From Acidobacteriota bacterium (GTDB lineage Bacteria > Acidobacteriota > Thermoanaerobaculia > Gp7-AA8): a stretch of DNA of 64,000 bases. The notes beneath the pieces are model-generated. The model saw nothing but the letters and a program-made list of their open reading frames with translations. It searched no databases and was not told the DNA's origin. The stretch is from NCBI GenBank assembly GCA_019244185.1, contig JAFATB010000026.1, forward strand, positions 32,001 through 96,000, given 5' to 3'. This document shows positions 17,473 to 27,434 of this stretch, one piece after another; positions within the stretch are counted from its first letter, which is position 1, and every line of letters starts with the position of its first letter. The translations under genes were made by a program, and so were the position numbers.

Positions 17473-20141
17473 CGCGATCCTCCAGAGGTCGGTGGCGGAC
17501 AGCCGCAGTCCGACGCGAGCGTGGAACGTCCGGCCAGCCAGCCGGAGCCGAGGTAGTTGCGATCGAGGACGAACGCCGAGAGCAGTTCGGGCGAGCGCGA
17601 GCCGATGTCGACGACCGTGTCTTCACCGAGACGCGCCTCGCCGACGCGGAAGAAAGCCCAGTAGAACTTCACGTCGAACGCGGTGTGCGCGGGCTTCTCC
17701 AGCGCGATGACGCGGCGCGCGAGGTCGAGCTGTTTGTCGCGATCCGCGAGTCCGAGCGTGCCTTGCGGCAGGAAGACGCTGAAGCGATGCGCGGCCACGC
17801 GCGCCGGAAGCACGAGTCCTTCGAAGAGCACCCAGTCGCGCAGCGGCGCGCTGCGCGTGGGGAGCTGCGTGAAGAGCGGAATCGCCGACCACGTCGCGTA
17901 CGCGGTCTGCCATGCGCCATTGAGCTCGGCGAGCGATTTGTAGCGGCGGAAGAGCACCTGCTGCCACAGCGCGAGATCGGCGCTGCTGGCCGACGGCACG
18001 AAGCCGAGCGTCGCGCGCGAGAACTCACGCCACCGCGCGGCGTTGGCAGGCGGTTCAGTGATGCTGTACGTCGCGGCATCGACGCCGGTGAATTCCGCCC
18101 AGCGGCGATTCAGATCGGCGGCGCCGGCAGACGGTTGCCACTTTTGTTCGACGAGGCGCAGCGGCAGGCCGGCGGTGTCGGTCTCGCTCGTGTCGCCGAA
18201 CAGCACGCCGGGCAGACTGCGCGTGCGGAACTTTTCCACGATTCGCGGACCGGCGCGCCGCGGCCGATCGACGTCGAAGATCGTGTCGTTCGGACAGTCT
18301 TCGAAGACGAGGCGCAGCGCCATCATCAGGCCCGGCACCGTGCCGCGCCATTCGAAGAACCGCGCGGCGTAGCGGAGGAAGAGCCGCCGCTTCTGCTCGT
18401 CCCACGCGGGATCGAGCGCGACGTCGAACCAGCTCGCGAGCCACTCCAGCGTCTCCGGCGGCGCGCAGCGCGTGTCGAGCAGACACTGCGCCGCGGCGAT
18501 GCGGTCTTCGATGTTCGTGAAGAAGCCTTCCGCATTGGCGAGGAAGCGGTCGAGGAACGAGGCCGACGCGTCGTTCTCGCGATAGACGCCGGGGAGGTAG
18601 TGCTCGAGGTACGAGAAGCGTGGATACCAGGCGCGCAGCGCGCGGATGCGCGGCGAACTGCGGCCATTGCCGGTGAGCGTGAGCCGCAGCTGCAGGTAGC
18701 GTCCCCGCGCGCGTTGGAAGAGAAGCTCCCACGTGTCGATGCCGGCGCCGCGCGTGTCGGTGGACCACGCGAGCTCGGAGCCGGTGAGGCGGCGCACGAG
18801 CCGCGGCTCGCGATCCCATTCCGCGACGCCGAGCAATGCGGGATCGTTCGCGGCGCGGCTTTCGAGCTCGATGTCGCACTCCGGCGGAATGCACGCGTCG
18901 AGCATCAGCCGGTGCCAGACGCAGTCGGGCTCTTTGCCGTCGAGCCGCGGGATGACGACGGTCGCGGTGTACGCGTAGCGATTGCGGCGTTGTGCGACGA
19001 GCGGCACCCAGCGGTCCTGCGCGTCGTACAGCGTCGTATCCGCGGCGATGAGCGCCTTGCCGCCGAAGAGTCGCATCGGAAAGTAGTCGGGCGCCGGCTG
19101 CAGCGCGATTCCGCCGTCGTCGACATCGAGCGTGAACGTGAACGCCTGATCGCCGTCGGTCGACGCGATGGTCAAGAGGTTGTCCATTCGCGCGAAGTCG
19201 TGGCCGAGCAGGTGAAAGCCGGCCTGCTTGCCGGCTTCGACGAGACTCTTCGCGACGTCGGTCGAGGCGCTCGCACTCGTGCCGTCGTGGTGGACGCGCA
19301 GCACGCGCGAGAAGTCGTCGCCGGCGGGGCTGTCGAGGATGAGAATCGAGTCGTCGTCGAGCACCTCGATGGCCACGGGATCGACGGCGTCGACGAGCAG
19401 CGACATGTCGAGCGCGATGGCGGTCGGCGACTTCGGATGCGTTTCGCTGCCGTCGATCGCGGCGAAGGTCTCGTCCGTTGCGCTGGTGGACGACGCGCCG
19501 AACGCGACGACGCCGAACGTGCGGTCGAGGCGCCACGCGCGTTTGTGCTCGCGATCGAGCACCCACACGCCGCCGTCCTCCGTCGCGCAGAGATCGAATG
19601 GCGCGAACGCGACGGGCCACAGCAGTTGCCGCGGCTCGCCGCCGCGATGCAGATCGAACACGAGCAAGCCCGCGGGCTCGATCGTGCCGACGACGAGGTA
19701 ATGCTGCGTCGTGACCGCGAGTCCGCGCAACGCGAGCGGCGCCGCGACGGCCTGCACTTCGACGTCGCTGAAGAGCGCCGCGTTCGGCGCCACGCATGGC
19801 GCGCACGCATCGAGCGATGCCCAAAAGTGCGACGTCGTGCGGCTGCCCGATGACTCGACGAGCAGCTCGGTGCCGTTCTCCGCGATCCAGTAGATGTTGC
19901 CGAAGGCGTCGGCCGCCGCGCCGCGGCGCGCGCTCACATCGACGGCGCGGTCGCCGCTCGACGGCGTGAACGCGAACGTCCTCGCGCCGAGCGTGAGCTC
20001 GTTGCGCCGCGCGTCCCACGAGAGCTCCGCGTCGGGCTGCGCGAACGCGCTGCCGAGCGGCGTGCCGTTCGCGTTCGTCGCGCGCTGCGCCCAGTCGTCC
20101 GCGCCGAGGAGCAGGTGGAACTTCGTCCCGTTGACGTCCAT
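17469..20141 (-). CDS. Phage tail protein I-like baseplate wedge (Afp12-like) with N-terminal beta-propeller-like region
   Basis: SYLEHYLPGVY...FLDRFLANAE...LEWLASW...RGTVPGL...EKPAHT, typical of Tail_P2_I. ATG at 20141 overlaps the upstream TGA. Confidence 0.85.
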   Translation of the reverse strand: MDVNGTKFHLLLGADDWAQRATNANGTPLGSAFAQPDAELSWDARRNELTLGARTFAFTPSSGDRAVDVSARRGAAADAFGNIYWIAENGTELLVESSGSRTTSHFWASLDACAPCVAPNAALFSDVEVQAVAAPLALRGLAVTTQHYLVVGTIEPAGLLVFDLHRGGEPRQLLWPVAFAPFDLCATEDGGVWVLDREHKRAWRLDRTFGVVAFGASSTSATDETFAAIDGSETHPKSPTAIALDMSLLVDAVDPVAIEVLDDDSILILDSPAGDDFSRVLRVHHDGTSASASTDVAKSLVEAGKQAGFHLLGHDFARMDNLLTIASTDGDQAFTFTLDVDDGGIALQPAPDYFPMRLFGGKALIAADTTLYDAQDRWVPLVAQRRNRYAYTATVVIPRLDGKEPDCVWHRLMLDACIPPECDIELESRAANDPALLGVAEWDREPRLVRRLTGSELAWSTDTRGAGIDTWELLFQRARGRYLQLRLTLTGNGRSSPRIRALRAWYPRFSYLEHYLPGVYRENDASASFLDRFLANAEGFFTNIEDRIAAAQCLLDTRCAPPETLEWLASWFDVALDPAWDEQKRRLFLRYAARFFEWRGTVPGLMMALRLVFEDCPNDTIFDVDRPRRAGPRIVEKFRTRSLPGVLFGDTSETDTAGLPLRLVEQKWQPSAGAADLNRRWAEFTGVDAATYSITEPPANAARWREFSRATLGFVPSASSADLALWQQVLFRRYKSLAELNGAWQTAYATWSAIPLFTQLPTRSAPLRDWVLFEGLVLPARVAAHRFSVFLPQGTLGLADRDKQLDLARRVIALEKPAHTAFDVKFYWAFFRVGEARLGEDTVVDIGSRSPELLSAFVLDRNYLGSGWLAGRSTLASDCGCPPPTSGGSR

Positions 20142-22408
20142 CACCCGCACTCCTCGGGGAGCTTCGGAATCTGCACGAACGACGGCGCCTGCACGCTGCT
20201 GCCGCCACCGCCGCGCAGTTCATCGAGCGATGCGGCCGGACCGTTCACGACGCGGATGCCGAGGACGCGCGGCAGTTGCAGCCCGGTCATGTCGAGACGC
20301 GCGGCGATGACGCCGTTCGCATCGGCGAGGATCACGTCTTCCTGCACGAACTCGACGCCGCGCGTGCGGTTCGAGACCGCCGCGATCTCGAGCGCGACGA
20401 CGGATTTGCCGAGCTTCCAGCCGTTGTCGTTGTCGGCGTTGGGAACGTCGTCCGCATCCGCATCGAGCGGCGCGAGAAACGCGAGCACGTCGCGCTTCAC
20501 GGCGTCGCAGACTTCGGAGTCGTTGAAGCCCGCCGCGACTTTGATCCCGATCGAGATCCAGATGCCGCGGTACTCGGGGCCGCGCAGTAGCACTTCCGTC
20601 GTGACGAGGCGTCGCGGATCGAGCCAGCGGCAGACGGCGTCGAGGAACGGGCGGCGCGGCAGCGGCGCGTCGGGCTGCGCCGGATCTTCTTTCGGGATCA
20701 GCATCAGCGTGACCGCGCCCGGCACCTCGCCGCCGCCGAAGTCGGGGTGATAGTTCGGCAGCACTTCGACGCGGCCGATCTCGACGCCGGGCGTGCGCTT
20801 GGTGATCGTCGCGAAGTCTTCGCGCGTGACGAGGCGGTCGCGATGCTGGAGATAGCGCGAGATCTGTTTCTCGCCCTGCGCGACGGTTTCCGCTTCCGCG
20901 CCGCCCCACGTCGCGATCGGATTCGCGACCTTGAATCCTTCGGGCAGCGCGGGCGAGCTGTTGATCGCGCCGACGCCGACGTTGCCTTCCGCGCCGAGGG
21001 AGTAGGCGTACGAGGCGCGCAGCGTCGCGCCGGCGGGCGGACGCGCGCCGTGCTCGCCGTCGCCGAAGCGCACGTCGCCCGATTCGGCGTCGAGCAGGAA
21101 GACGTTCGACGGTGCCTTGCCGCGCTGCCACGCACCGGGCGCGATGCGCGGATCGGGGAGCGGCACTTCCGCGCCGGCGGTGGCGAGATCGTCGGTCTCC
21201 GTCCACGGCGTGGTCGTGCCGAGGTGCGTGACCGTGAGGCTGACGCTCTCGGGGAGCACCGGCGCGAGCGCGAGACGCACGACCTGATCGGGCTCGCCGG
21301 TTCCGTCGGGGAGCAGTTCGTTGAGCACGCGCGCGCTCTGCGTGACCGGCACCGTGTTGATGCCCATCCAGAGAAAACTGGCGGTGGCTTCGGACGTGAG
21401 CGTGATCTTCAGCCACGTCACGACGCGCGCTTCGAGCGCCGGATCGTCGAGCGCGGGCGGCAGCTCGTTCACGCCGGCTTCGAGCGGATCGATGTTGTTC
21501 CAGAGGCGCATCGACGACGCGTCGGGAAGCGCGATGTCGACGACGCCCGGCACGGCGAGGATGTCGGAGTCGCTTTTCACGTCGAGCGGCCGGTACTCGG
21601 CGCGGCGCTGCGCGATGTCGTCGGGAAGGCCGCCGCTGTCGGGCACCTTCGGCGCTTCGACTTTCAGCGCGACATTCGCGCTCGTCGCGAATGCGCGTCC
21701 GCTCGGCAGCGTGGCCTGCGTCTCGGTGAGCGACGGCACCACGCCCAGCGTGAGCGTGCGATTGGCGATGCGCGTGCGCATGAGGTCCGCGGAAACGTTG
21801 GAGCGCACGTCGACGTCGCGCAGCATCAGCGCGAGCCAGAAGCCGTTGTCGATGGTGTCGCTCAGCGCGACCGGCGTGCCTTCACGCGTCGGGAACGGCG
21901 TGGCCTCGTAGAGCTGCGGCTCGATCTCCGCGGGCGTGCCGCGATACGACGCGTACAGCTGCTGGTAGTACTTTTTGACGTCGGGCGACGCGTCGGTGAT
22001 CTTCTTCTTGAAGTAGACGCGCCCTTCGACCGGCAGCACGTCGACGGCGCGCGTACTGCGGAACGGCACCTCGCCCGCGCGCACTTCGATGCCTTCGGTG
22101 AGCACGACCGGATCGGGCGTCGTCGACGCGACGGAGTTCGCGATCGTGACGAGGCCGCGCGCGGCGGTCGCGGTCTGCAGCGGGATGCGCAGGAGCTGCA
22201 GGAACTTCTTCCGGTTGCGCTCCGGGATCTGATTCGCGCGATAGAGCAGGCTCTCGGTGAGGAACGCGAAGACTTCGATGAGCGTGACGCCGGGATCGCT
22301 GCGGTTGAAGTTCGTCCATTCCGGCGTGTGCACCGGAATGCGCGCCAAGGCTTCGCCGACCAGGTCGTCGTAGCGGCGGTCGTCGATGTTCGGCAGCGTG
22401 ATCGGCAT
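20141..22408 (-). CDS. Baseplate J-like protein (Afp11-like)
   Basis: MPITLPNIDDRRYDDLV..A..RIP..TPEWTNFN.SDPGVTLIE, VRFGDGEHGARPP, GGAEAET, RDRLVT..DF. Confidence 0.92.
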   Translation of the reverse strand: MPITLPNIDDRRYDDLVGEALARIPVHTPEWTNFNRSDPGVTLIEVFAFLTESLLYRANQIPERNRKKFLQLLRIPLQTATAARGLVTIANSVASTTPDPVVLTEGIEVRAGEVPFRSTRAVDVLPVEGRVYFKKKITDASPDVKKYYQQLYASYRGTPAEIEPQLYEATPFPTREGTPVALSDTIDNGFWLALMLRDVDVRSNVSADLMRTRIANRTLTLGVVPSLTETQATLPSGRAFATSANVALKVEAPKVPDSGGLPDDIAQRRAEYRPLDVKSDSDILAVPGVVDIALPDASSMRLWNNIDPLEAGVNELPPALDDPALEARVVTWLKITLTSEATASFLWMGINTVPVTQSARVLNELLPDGTGEPDQVVRLALAPVLPESVSLTVTHLGTTTPWTETDDLATAGAEVPLPDPRIAPGAWQRGKAPSNVFLLDAESGDVRFGDGEHGARPPAGATLRASYAYSLGAEGNVGVGAINSSPALPEGFKVANPIATWGGAEAETVAQGEKQISRYLQHRDRLVTREDFATITKRTPGVEIGRVEVLPNYHPDFGGGEVPGAVTLMLIPKEDPAQPDAPLPRRPFLDAVCRWLDPRRLVTTEVLLRGPEYRGIWISIGIKVAAGFNDSEVCDAVKRDVLAFLAPLDADADDVPNADNDNGWKLGKSVVALEIAAVSNRTRGVEFVQEDVILADANGVIAARLDMTGLQLPRVLGIRVVNGPAASLDELRGGGGSSVQAPSFVQIPKLPEECG

Positions 22409-22416
22409 GACGTTCC

Positions 22417-22809
22417 TCAGCCTCCGAGTTGCACGCGCAGCGAAACCTGCGCGGCCGCGCGCGTGGCGACGAGCTGGTAGTTGACGGTGGCCACCGCGCT
22501 CCGCGGATCGCGCGGGTCCTCTTCGACGTCCACGCTGCTGATGACGATCCTCGGCTCCCACTGCTGCAGCGCGCGCGTGATGCGGTCCTGGATCTGGAAG
22601 CGCGTGGTGACGGTGTTCGGCTCGAAGAGGAACGTGCGCAGTCCGCCGCCGAACGTGGGGAGATTCAGCCGCTCGCGCTCTTCCGTGCGCAGGATGATCT
22701 CGATGTTCTCGCGGATGTTCGCCTCGCCTTCGCTCCACGCGAGACGCCCATCGGCGCCGACGCGCGGCGGGAACGCGATGCCGCGGCCGTAGAGATCGCC
22801 CGGCGTCAC
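22417..22809 (-). CDS. GPW/gp25 baseplate protein (Afp9-like)
   Basis: GRGIAFPP...ILRTEERERL..PTFGGGL...LFEP...WEPRI. GTG start at 22809 overlaps the upstream stop. Confidence 0.9.
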   Translation of the reverse strand: MTPGDLYGRGIAFPPRVGADGRLAWSEGEANIRENIEIILRTEERERLNLPTFGGGLRTFLFEPNTVTTRFQIQDRITRALQQWEPRIVISSVDVEEDPRDPRSAVATVNYQLVATRAAAQVSLRVQLGG

Positions 22810-24677
22810 GGTCCCACCTCCACGCTCACGTCGAGCTTCGCGTCGAACTTCGGCAGCGGCAGGCAGATCTGGAAGAAGGGGAGCCAGAAGAAGACGATGT
22901 CGAGCAGCTTGATGAAGATCATCAGCATGATCAGCGCGCAGATGGTGATGATCGGAATCGAGAGCGAGCAGACCATGCCCGCTTCCATCCCTCCGTCCGT
23001 GCACGGCGACGGACTGACGTCGAGGTCTTTGTGCAGCGGCCACGGAAGGACGGAACGAATGAGATCGCCGAACGAGAGGCCGCGAATGGCGCTGACCTGG
23101 CCGCAGAGGACGTCGGAGAGGACGAACGCGGTGTTCTTGTCGAACTTGCGCAGGCCCGCGGGCGTGGTGTCGGCCGGCATGGGGATGCGGATCGGCCGCG
23201 CGGGCGCGTCGGGATCGAAGAAGCCGGCCATCTGAAACGCGGCCGTTGGGTCGCTGACGACGGCGGGCTTGAAGGACGCGCAGTTCGGCCGCTCGAACAC
23301 GCAGCGCACCGCGAACCACGGCGACCGATGCGGCGTGACGTTGACCTGGGCGACGGTCCGCGGCGCCATCGTCGCGACGCCGGGCAGCGGCTGATCGAGA
23401 GCGGCCACGAGCGTGCTTTCAAATGACTCGCGCAGTGCCTTGCCGGTGAGGCCCGTCGGACCGCCGGCGCTCGCGTGGACGAAGCGGAAGCGCATCGACG
23501 GCCAGCCGGAAGGACTGCTTTCGTGAAAGACGGTCTTGACCGTTTCGAGCTGTTCGGCCGACGCGCGGATTTGTTTCAGCGCGGCGACGAGCGTCATGGT
23601 GTCGGAGAGCGAGGCGAGCTTCTGATATGCGGCGAGCTTCGTGCCGCTGAGACCCGCGGACGACTGCGCGGTGATCGCGTTCCAGACGTCGGCGAGGTTC
23701 TCTTTCAGCCACGCGTCGAGGTCGAGGAGGATGTACCAGGAGACGGTCTGCAACTGGTCGTTCGTCGTCGCGAGCGTTTTGTCGCGCTGGGCGTTTGTCG
23801 GCGGATCGTCGACGGTGGCGATCTGCTGCACGGCGAGCGAGGCCGCGTCTTCGAGGTTCGACCACGGACCGAGGACCTGGGTCTTCAGCATCATCTGCCG
23901 CGCGTCGAGCGGCTTCTGCGCGGCGCTGCTGCTCCCGGGATCGGGCATCTTCGCGGCGAGGAGCGCCTCGCGCTTCGCGACCGGAATGAGGCCGTTGAAC
24001 ATGCGGCGCCGGCGGCCGTCGATCTCCTGATACGACAACGGCGAGAGCGGGTACTGCGTCTCGCCGTCGACGAGCGAGCTTGCGTCGCCAGCCGGCTTCC
24101 ATTCGTCGCCGACGAGCGCGAGCTCGCTGCACTGGCTCGGATCGGGATTGATCGCGGCCGCGCCGGCGTGCGGCTGCAGCATGCGGATGACGAACGTCGC
24201 GCGCTCCTGCTTCGTGGTGTCGAGCGCGCGGTCCGGAAGACCCAACGTGCGGCAGACGAGACACGCGGTGACGAGGTAGTAGCGCTGGTGCGCGGGCTGG
24301 TAGAACTTCAGCGGACGCGTCGTCGCGGCGTTGTTCCAGGCATTCGTGCGTACGACGCCGCTGCGCGCTTCGACCTTGCGCACCGCGGCGATGCGCGCGC
24401 GCTCGAGCGTGCCCGCGAGTCCGGTCTTCGGACGCACGGGCGCGACGTCGGCGGCCGGCTTGCGCCACGTTTCCGGCACCGCGAGAAAGTCGCTGATGCG
24501 ATGCGCGTCGGTCTGCACGACGTTGATGAAGTCGGGCATGAACTCGTCGGTGGCGAAGCGCAGGATCGCGGGCGTGCGGAAGACGCGGCGCTGATCGGCG
24601 GTGGTCGCGCCGTTGAAGTCGTTCCAGAGCGCGGCGGGCGAGGTCCATTCGACGTGTCGTTCCATGGCCATCCTCAC
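22806..24677 (-). CDS. eCIS-associated hypothetical protein with hydrophobic Cys-flanked C-terminal segment
   Basis: 623-aa ORF coupled on both sides. LKFYQPAHQRYYLVTACLVC near the N-terminus. C-terminal MVCSLSIPIITICALIMLMIFIKLLDIVFFWLPFFQICLP. Confidence 0.75.
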   Translation of the reverse strand: MRMAMERHVEWTSPAALWNDFNGATTADQRRVFRTPAILRFATDEFMPDFINVVQTDAHRISDFLAVPETWRKPAADVAPVRPKTGLAGTLERARIAAVRKVEARSGVVRTNAWNNAATTRPLKFYQPAHQRYYLVTACLVCRTLGLPDRALDTTKQERATFVIRMLQPHAGAAAINPDPSQCSELALVGDEWKPAGDASSLVDGETQYPLSPLSYQEIDGRRRRMFNGLIPVAKREALLAAKMPDPGSSSAAQKPLDARQMMLKTQVLGPWSNLEDAASLAVQQIATVDDPPTNAQRDKTLATTNDQLQTVSWYILLDLDAWLKENLADVWNAITAQSSAGLSGTKLAAYQKLASLSDTMTLVAALKQIRASAEQLETVKTVFHESSPSGWPSMRFRFVHASAGGPTGLTGKALRESFESTLVAALDQPLPGVATMAPRTVAQVNVTPHRSPWFAVRCVFERPNCASFKPAVVSDPTAAFQMAGFFDPDAPARPIRIPMPADTTPAGLRKFDKNTAFVLSDVLCGQVSAIRGLSFGDLIRSVLPWPLHKDLDVSPSPCTDGGMEAGMVCSLSIPIITICALIMLMIFIKLLDIVFFWLPFFQICLPLPKFDAKLDVSVEVGP

Positions 24678-25387
24678 CAGATGTTTCCCGCGCCGGGCGT
24701 GTAGGACGCCGACGTGATCGACGGCGTGGTGATGCTCGCGCCGACGACGAGCGTGGCGCTGAGCGTGGTCGGTCCGGAGACGGTGACGGACGACGCGTTG
24801 ACGGTGGCGGTGCTGGCGTTGATGGTCAGCGACGCCGGCGTGGTGATGGTGATGCCGCTCGGCTCCATCTTGATGGAGTTCCCGTTGCTGTCGGTCAGCT
24901 CGATGGTTCCGGGGCCGTCCTTCAACGTCAGCTTCTGGCCGCCCGGCGTCTCCGCGACGAACTGTTCGCGGCCATCGTGATCGTCGAGCGTGAGCTTCAC
25001 GCCGTTGCGCGAGCGAAGGACTTTCTCGTAGTTCTTGCCGCCGCCGTCCATCGACGCGGGCGGTTTGTCCTGGCCGTTCCAGAGCGCGCCGACGACGTAC
25101 GGGCGGCGCGGATCACCGGCCTCGAAGGCGACGAGCACTTCGTCGCCGGTGTCGGGGATGAACCAGCTGCCGCGGTTGTCGCCGGCCATGAGCGTCGCCA
25201 GGCGCGCCCACGCGTCGTAGCGTTCGCCCGCGGTGTCGGGCGCCCACGGCAGCGTGACCTTCACGCGGCCCTGGCTTTCGGGATCGTTGATGTCGCTGAC
25301 GACGGCGGCGTAGACGCCGTACCAGCGTCCGCCGAGGCCTTTGCTTTCGCGTTCGCCGAGAAGGGATTCGAAAAGGGACATGCTCAT
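24674..25387 (-). CDS. Baseplate assembly protein V / gp5 OB-fold spike (VgrG C-part)
   Basis: YGVY.AVV.DINDPE.QGRVKV.LPW...WAR.......G..RG.WFIP..GDEVLVAFEAGD..RPYVVG.LWN. Confidence 0.92.
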   Translation of the reverse strand: MSMSLFESLLGERESKGLGGRWYGVYAAVVSDINDPESQGRVKVTLPWAPDTAGERYDAWARLATLMAGDNRGSWFIPDTGDEVLVAFEAGDPRRPYVVGALWNGQDKPPASMDGGGKNYEKVLRSRNGVKLTLDDHDGREQFVAETPGGQKLTLKDGPGTIELTDSNGNSIKMEPSGITITTPASLTINASTATVNASSVTVSGPTTLSATLVVGASITTPSITSASYTPGAGNIW

Positions 25388-25388
25388 G

Positions 25389-26462
25389 TCAGTTCCCCTT
25401 CCCGAGTCCGGGACGCTCGGCGGTGAACTCGCTGCGAAAGCCGCCGGCGCCGTCGAAGAGATGCTGCACGTCGGCGAGGTAGTACTTGCCGTTGAAGAGC
25501 GGGCCGAGTCCGTCGAGCTCGATCCACGCGCCGACGCGCAGCTTCGCGTTCGGCTGCGCGAGTCCGCGTCCGACGAGGAAACGCCGCGCGGCGGCGCGAT
25601 ACCACGCCTCCGCGTGCGACTTCGCCTCGTCCGACGTGAGCGGCACCGTGTGCGCGACCGACTCGTCGCGTTTGCCGAAGGCGTCGGAGAGCAGCTTCGC
25701 GCCGGAGAGATCCGAGCCGAGCTCGCTCTGGATCGCCGCCTCCTCGGCCTTCGACGAGATCGCGCGCTTGCCGCCGACGTCCCAGCCGGAGACGGTGACG
25801 CCCGTGCGCTGATGCGCGAGATCGGCGGTGGCGGTGAACTGGCGCAGCTCGGAGCCGTACTTCAGTTTCAGCGGCTGCGCGTTGCGCGCGCTGCGCGGCT
25901 TCGCGAAGAGCTTCTTGTCGTCGAGCCAGAGCTCCGCGCCGGCGGCGCGCGCGCGCTCGCGCACGAACGCGAGATCGCTCTGGTTCACCTGCGCGAGCAC
26001 TTTGTGCGTCGGGCCGTTGACGTCGACGGTCGGCTGCAGGCCGTGATCGCCGGCGATCTTCTTGATGACCTGCGCGTCGCTGACGTCGTTGAACGTGCGC
26101 GTGCGGCGGGTCATGCGCAGATCCTGAAAGCGGTCCTCGAGCAGCACGGCGATCTCGGGGCTCGCGCCTTCGCCGAACTCCGCCTCGATCGCGGAGACGC
26201 GTCCGTCGAAGAGCACGTCGTTGTCGAGCTGCAGCCGCAGCGCTTTGCCGAAATCGAGCTTCTTGCGGTCGAAGAAGAGGAAGCCGATCTCGTTGTTCTT
26301 GGGTCCCCAGTTGCCGAAGCGGAGCTCCGCGCGATAGAGACCCTGGATGCTTTCCTTGACCAGCATCCGCAGGAGTCCCTGCGACAGCGCGGCGTCTTCG
26401 GATCCGTCGACGTAGATCGACGGCCGCGTCGCCTTCATCTTGTCGCTGTTTCCGCTCGGCAT
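25389..26462 (-). CDS. Phage late control gpD/gp27-like hub (VgrG N-part, Afp8-like)
   Basis: RTFNDVSDAQV...Q.NQSDLAFV.ERA...V.VSGWD...GLGPLFNGKYYL..VQH. Confidence 0.9.
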   Translation of the reverse strand: MPSGNSDKMKATRPSIYVDGSEDAALSQGLLRMLVKESIQGLYRAELRFGNWGPKNNEIGFLFFDRKKLDFGKALRLQLDNDVLFDGRVSAIEAEFGEGASPEIAVLLEDRFQDLRMTRRTRTFNDVSDAQVIKKIAGDHGLQPTVDVNGPTHKVLAQVNQSDLAFVRERARAAGAELWLDDKKLFAKPRSARNAQPLKLKYGSELRQFTATADLAHQRTGVTVSGWDVGGKRAISSKAEEAAIQSELGSDLSGAKLLSDAFGKRDESVAHTVPLTSDEAKSHAEAWYRAAARRFLVGRGLAQPNAKLRVGAWIELDGLGPLFNGKYYLADVQHLFDGAGGFRSEFTAERPGLGKGN

Positions 26463-26473
26463 CGCGTTCGTCC

Positions 26474-26665
26474 TCAGTAGGCGGAGAGCCGCAGCATGCG
26501 TTCGTGCCGGCGGCGCGAGACTTTCTCGAGCTCGCGCTCGAGCTCGGGTCCGGACTTCGCCGCGCCGCCGCCGCTGCCTTTCGCATCGCCGCCGGCGCCG
26601 CTCGCGTCGGCCGCGGGCGGCACGGCTTTCGGCTCGATGGTCAAGTCGTTGATTACCGTCGTCAT
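26474..26665 (-). CDS. Small eCIS protein (DUF5908-like position and size)
   Basis: 63 aa: short beta N-terminus, flexible linker, basic helical C-terminus. Lies between the tube initiator and hub. Confidence 0.6.
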   Translation of the reverse strand: MTTVINDLTIEPKAVPPAADASGAGGDAKGSGGGAAKSGPELERELEKVSRRRHERMLRLSAY

Positions 26666-26669
26666 TCGT

Positions 26670-27434
26670 TCAACCCATCACGATCTGCGGTTTGGTGGCT
26701 TCGAAGTCGATGAACTGTCCGGGCTCGAGACGGCGCGGGTTCTCGATGCCGTTGGCCGCGGCGACGCTTTGCCAGTCGCGCCCGCCGCCGCCGCTGCTGC
26801 TGTCGCCGCCGCCCGGCTGCGCGGCGCTCATGGACTGGAGATTCGAGCCTTCCGGCGCGGGCGTCTGCGGCGACGTGCCGGCGGGACGCCGCGAGAAGCC
26901 CGGCGGCGTGGCGACGTTCTGGTCGTTGAAGGCGAAGCTGGTGATCTTCTGCTGGGTGATGGTGAGCTGCACGCTCGCGCGCAGCGGCCGGCCTTCGGCG
27001 GAGAAGAGCTCGAGCGTCTCCTCGAGTCCTTCCACGATTCCGTCGAACTGAAACGTGCCCCAGAGGAAGCGCGTCGCCGGCGGGATGAACTTCTTCGGCT
27101 TGTTCGGCGGATCGCCTTTCGGCGTGATGAAGTACGCGACGCGCTCGGTGAGCTTGCGCACGTCGATGACGTCGGGGAGATCGCCGAGCTCCTGCGTCAC
27201 GTCGAACCAGAGCTGCACGGTGAGCTTCGTCGAGCCCGCGCCGACGAACTGCTGCGCCTGCGAGCCGCCCTGATCGCCGCCGCCCTGCGGCTGCTGGATC
27301 TGGTTCGCGAACGCGACCTTCAGCGTATCGGGGTTGAACTGGACCTTGGTCGCCTTGTCCTTGTTGATCTGCGAGGCGAATTTCGAGTCGAGCTCCTGCA
27401 GCTCGGCCTTGGCGATCTTCTGCAGTTCAGGCAT
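26670..27434 (-). CDS. CIS tube initiator (Afp7-like) with C-terminal LysM-like motif
   Basis: VQFNPDTL...L.FD...PP...F.WG.F.F.G.....E...LFS.EGRPLRA; C-terminal WQSVAAANGIENPRRLEPG. Confidence 0.88.
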   Translation of the reverse strand: MPELQKIAKAELQELDSKFASQINKDKATKVQFNPDTLKVAFANQIQQPQGGGDQGGSQAQQFVGAGSTKLTVQLWFDVTQELGDLPDVIDVRKLTERVAYFITPKGDPPNKPKKFIPPATRFLWGTFQFDGIVEGLEETLELFSAEGRPLRASVQLTITQQKITSFAFNDQNVATPPGFSRRPAGTSPQTPAPEGSNLQSMSAAQPGGGDSSSGGGGRDWQSVAAANGIENPRRLEPGQFIDFEATKPQIVMG

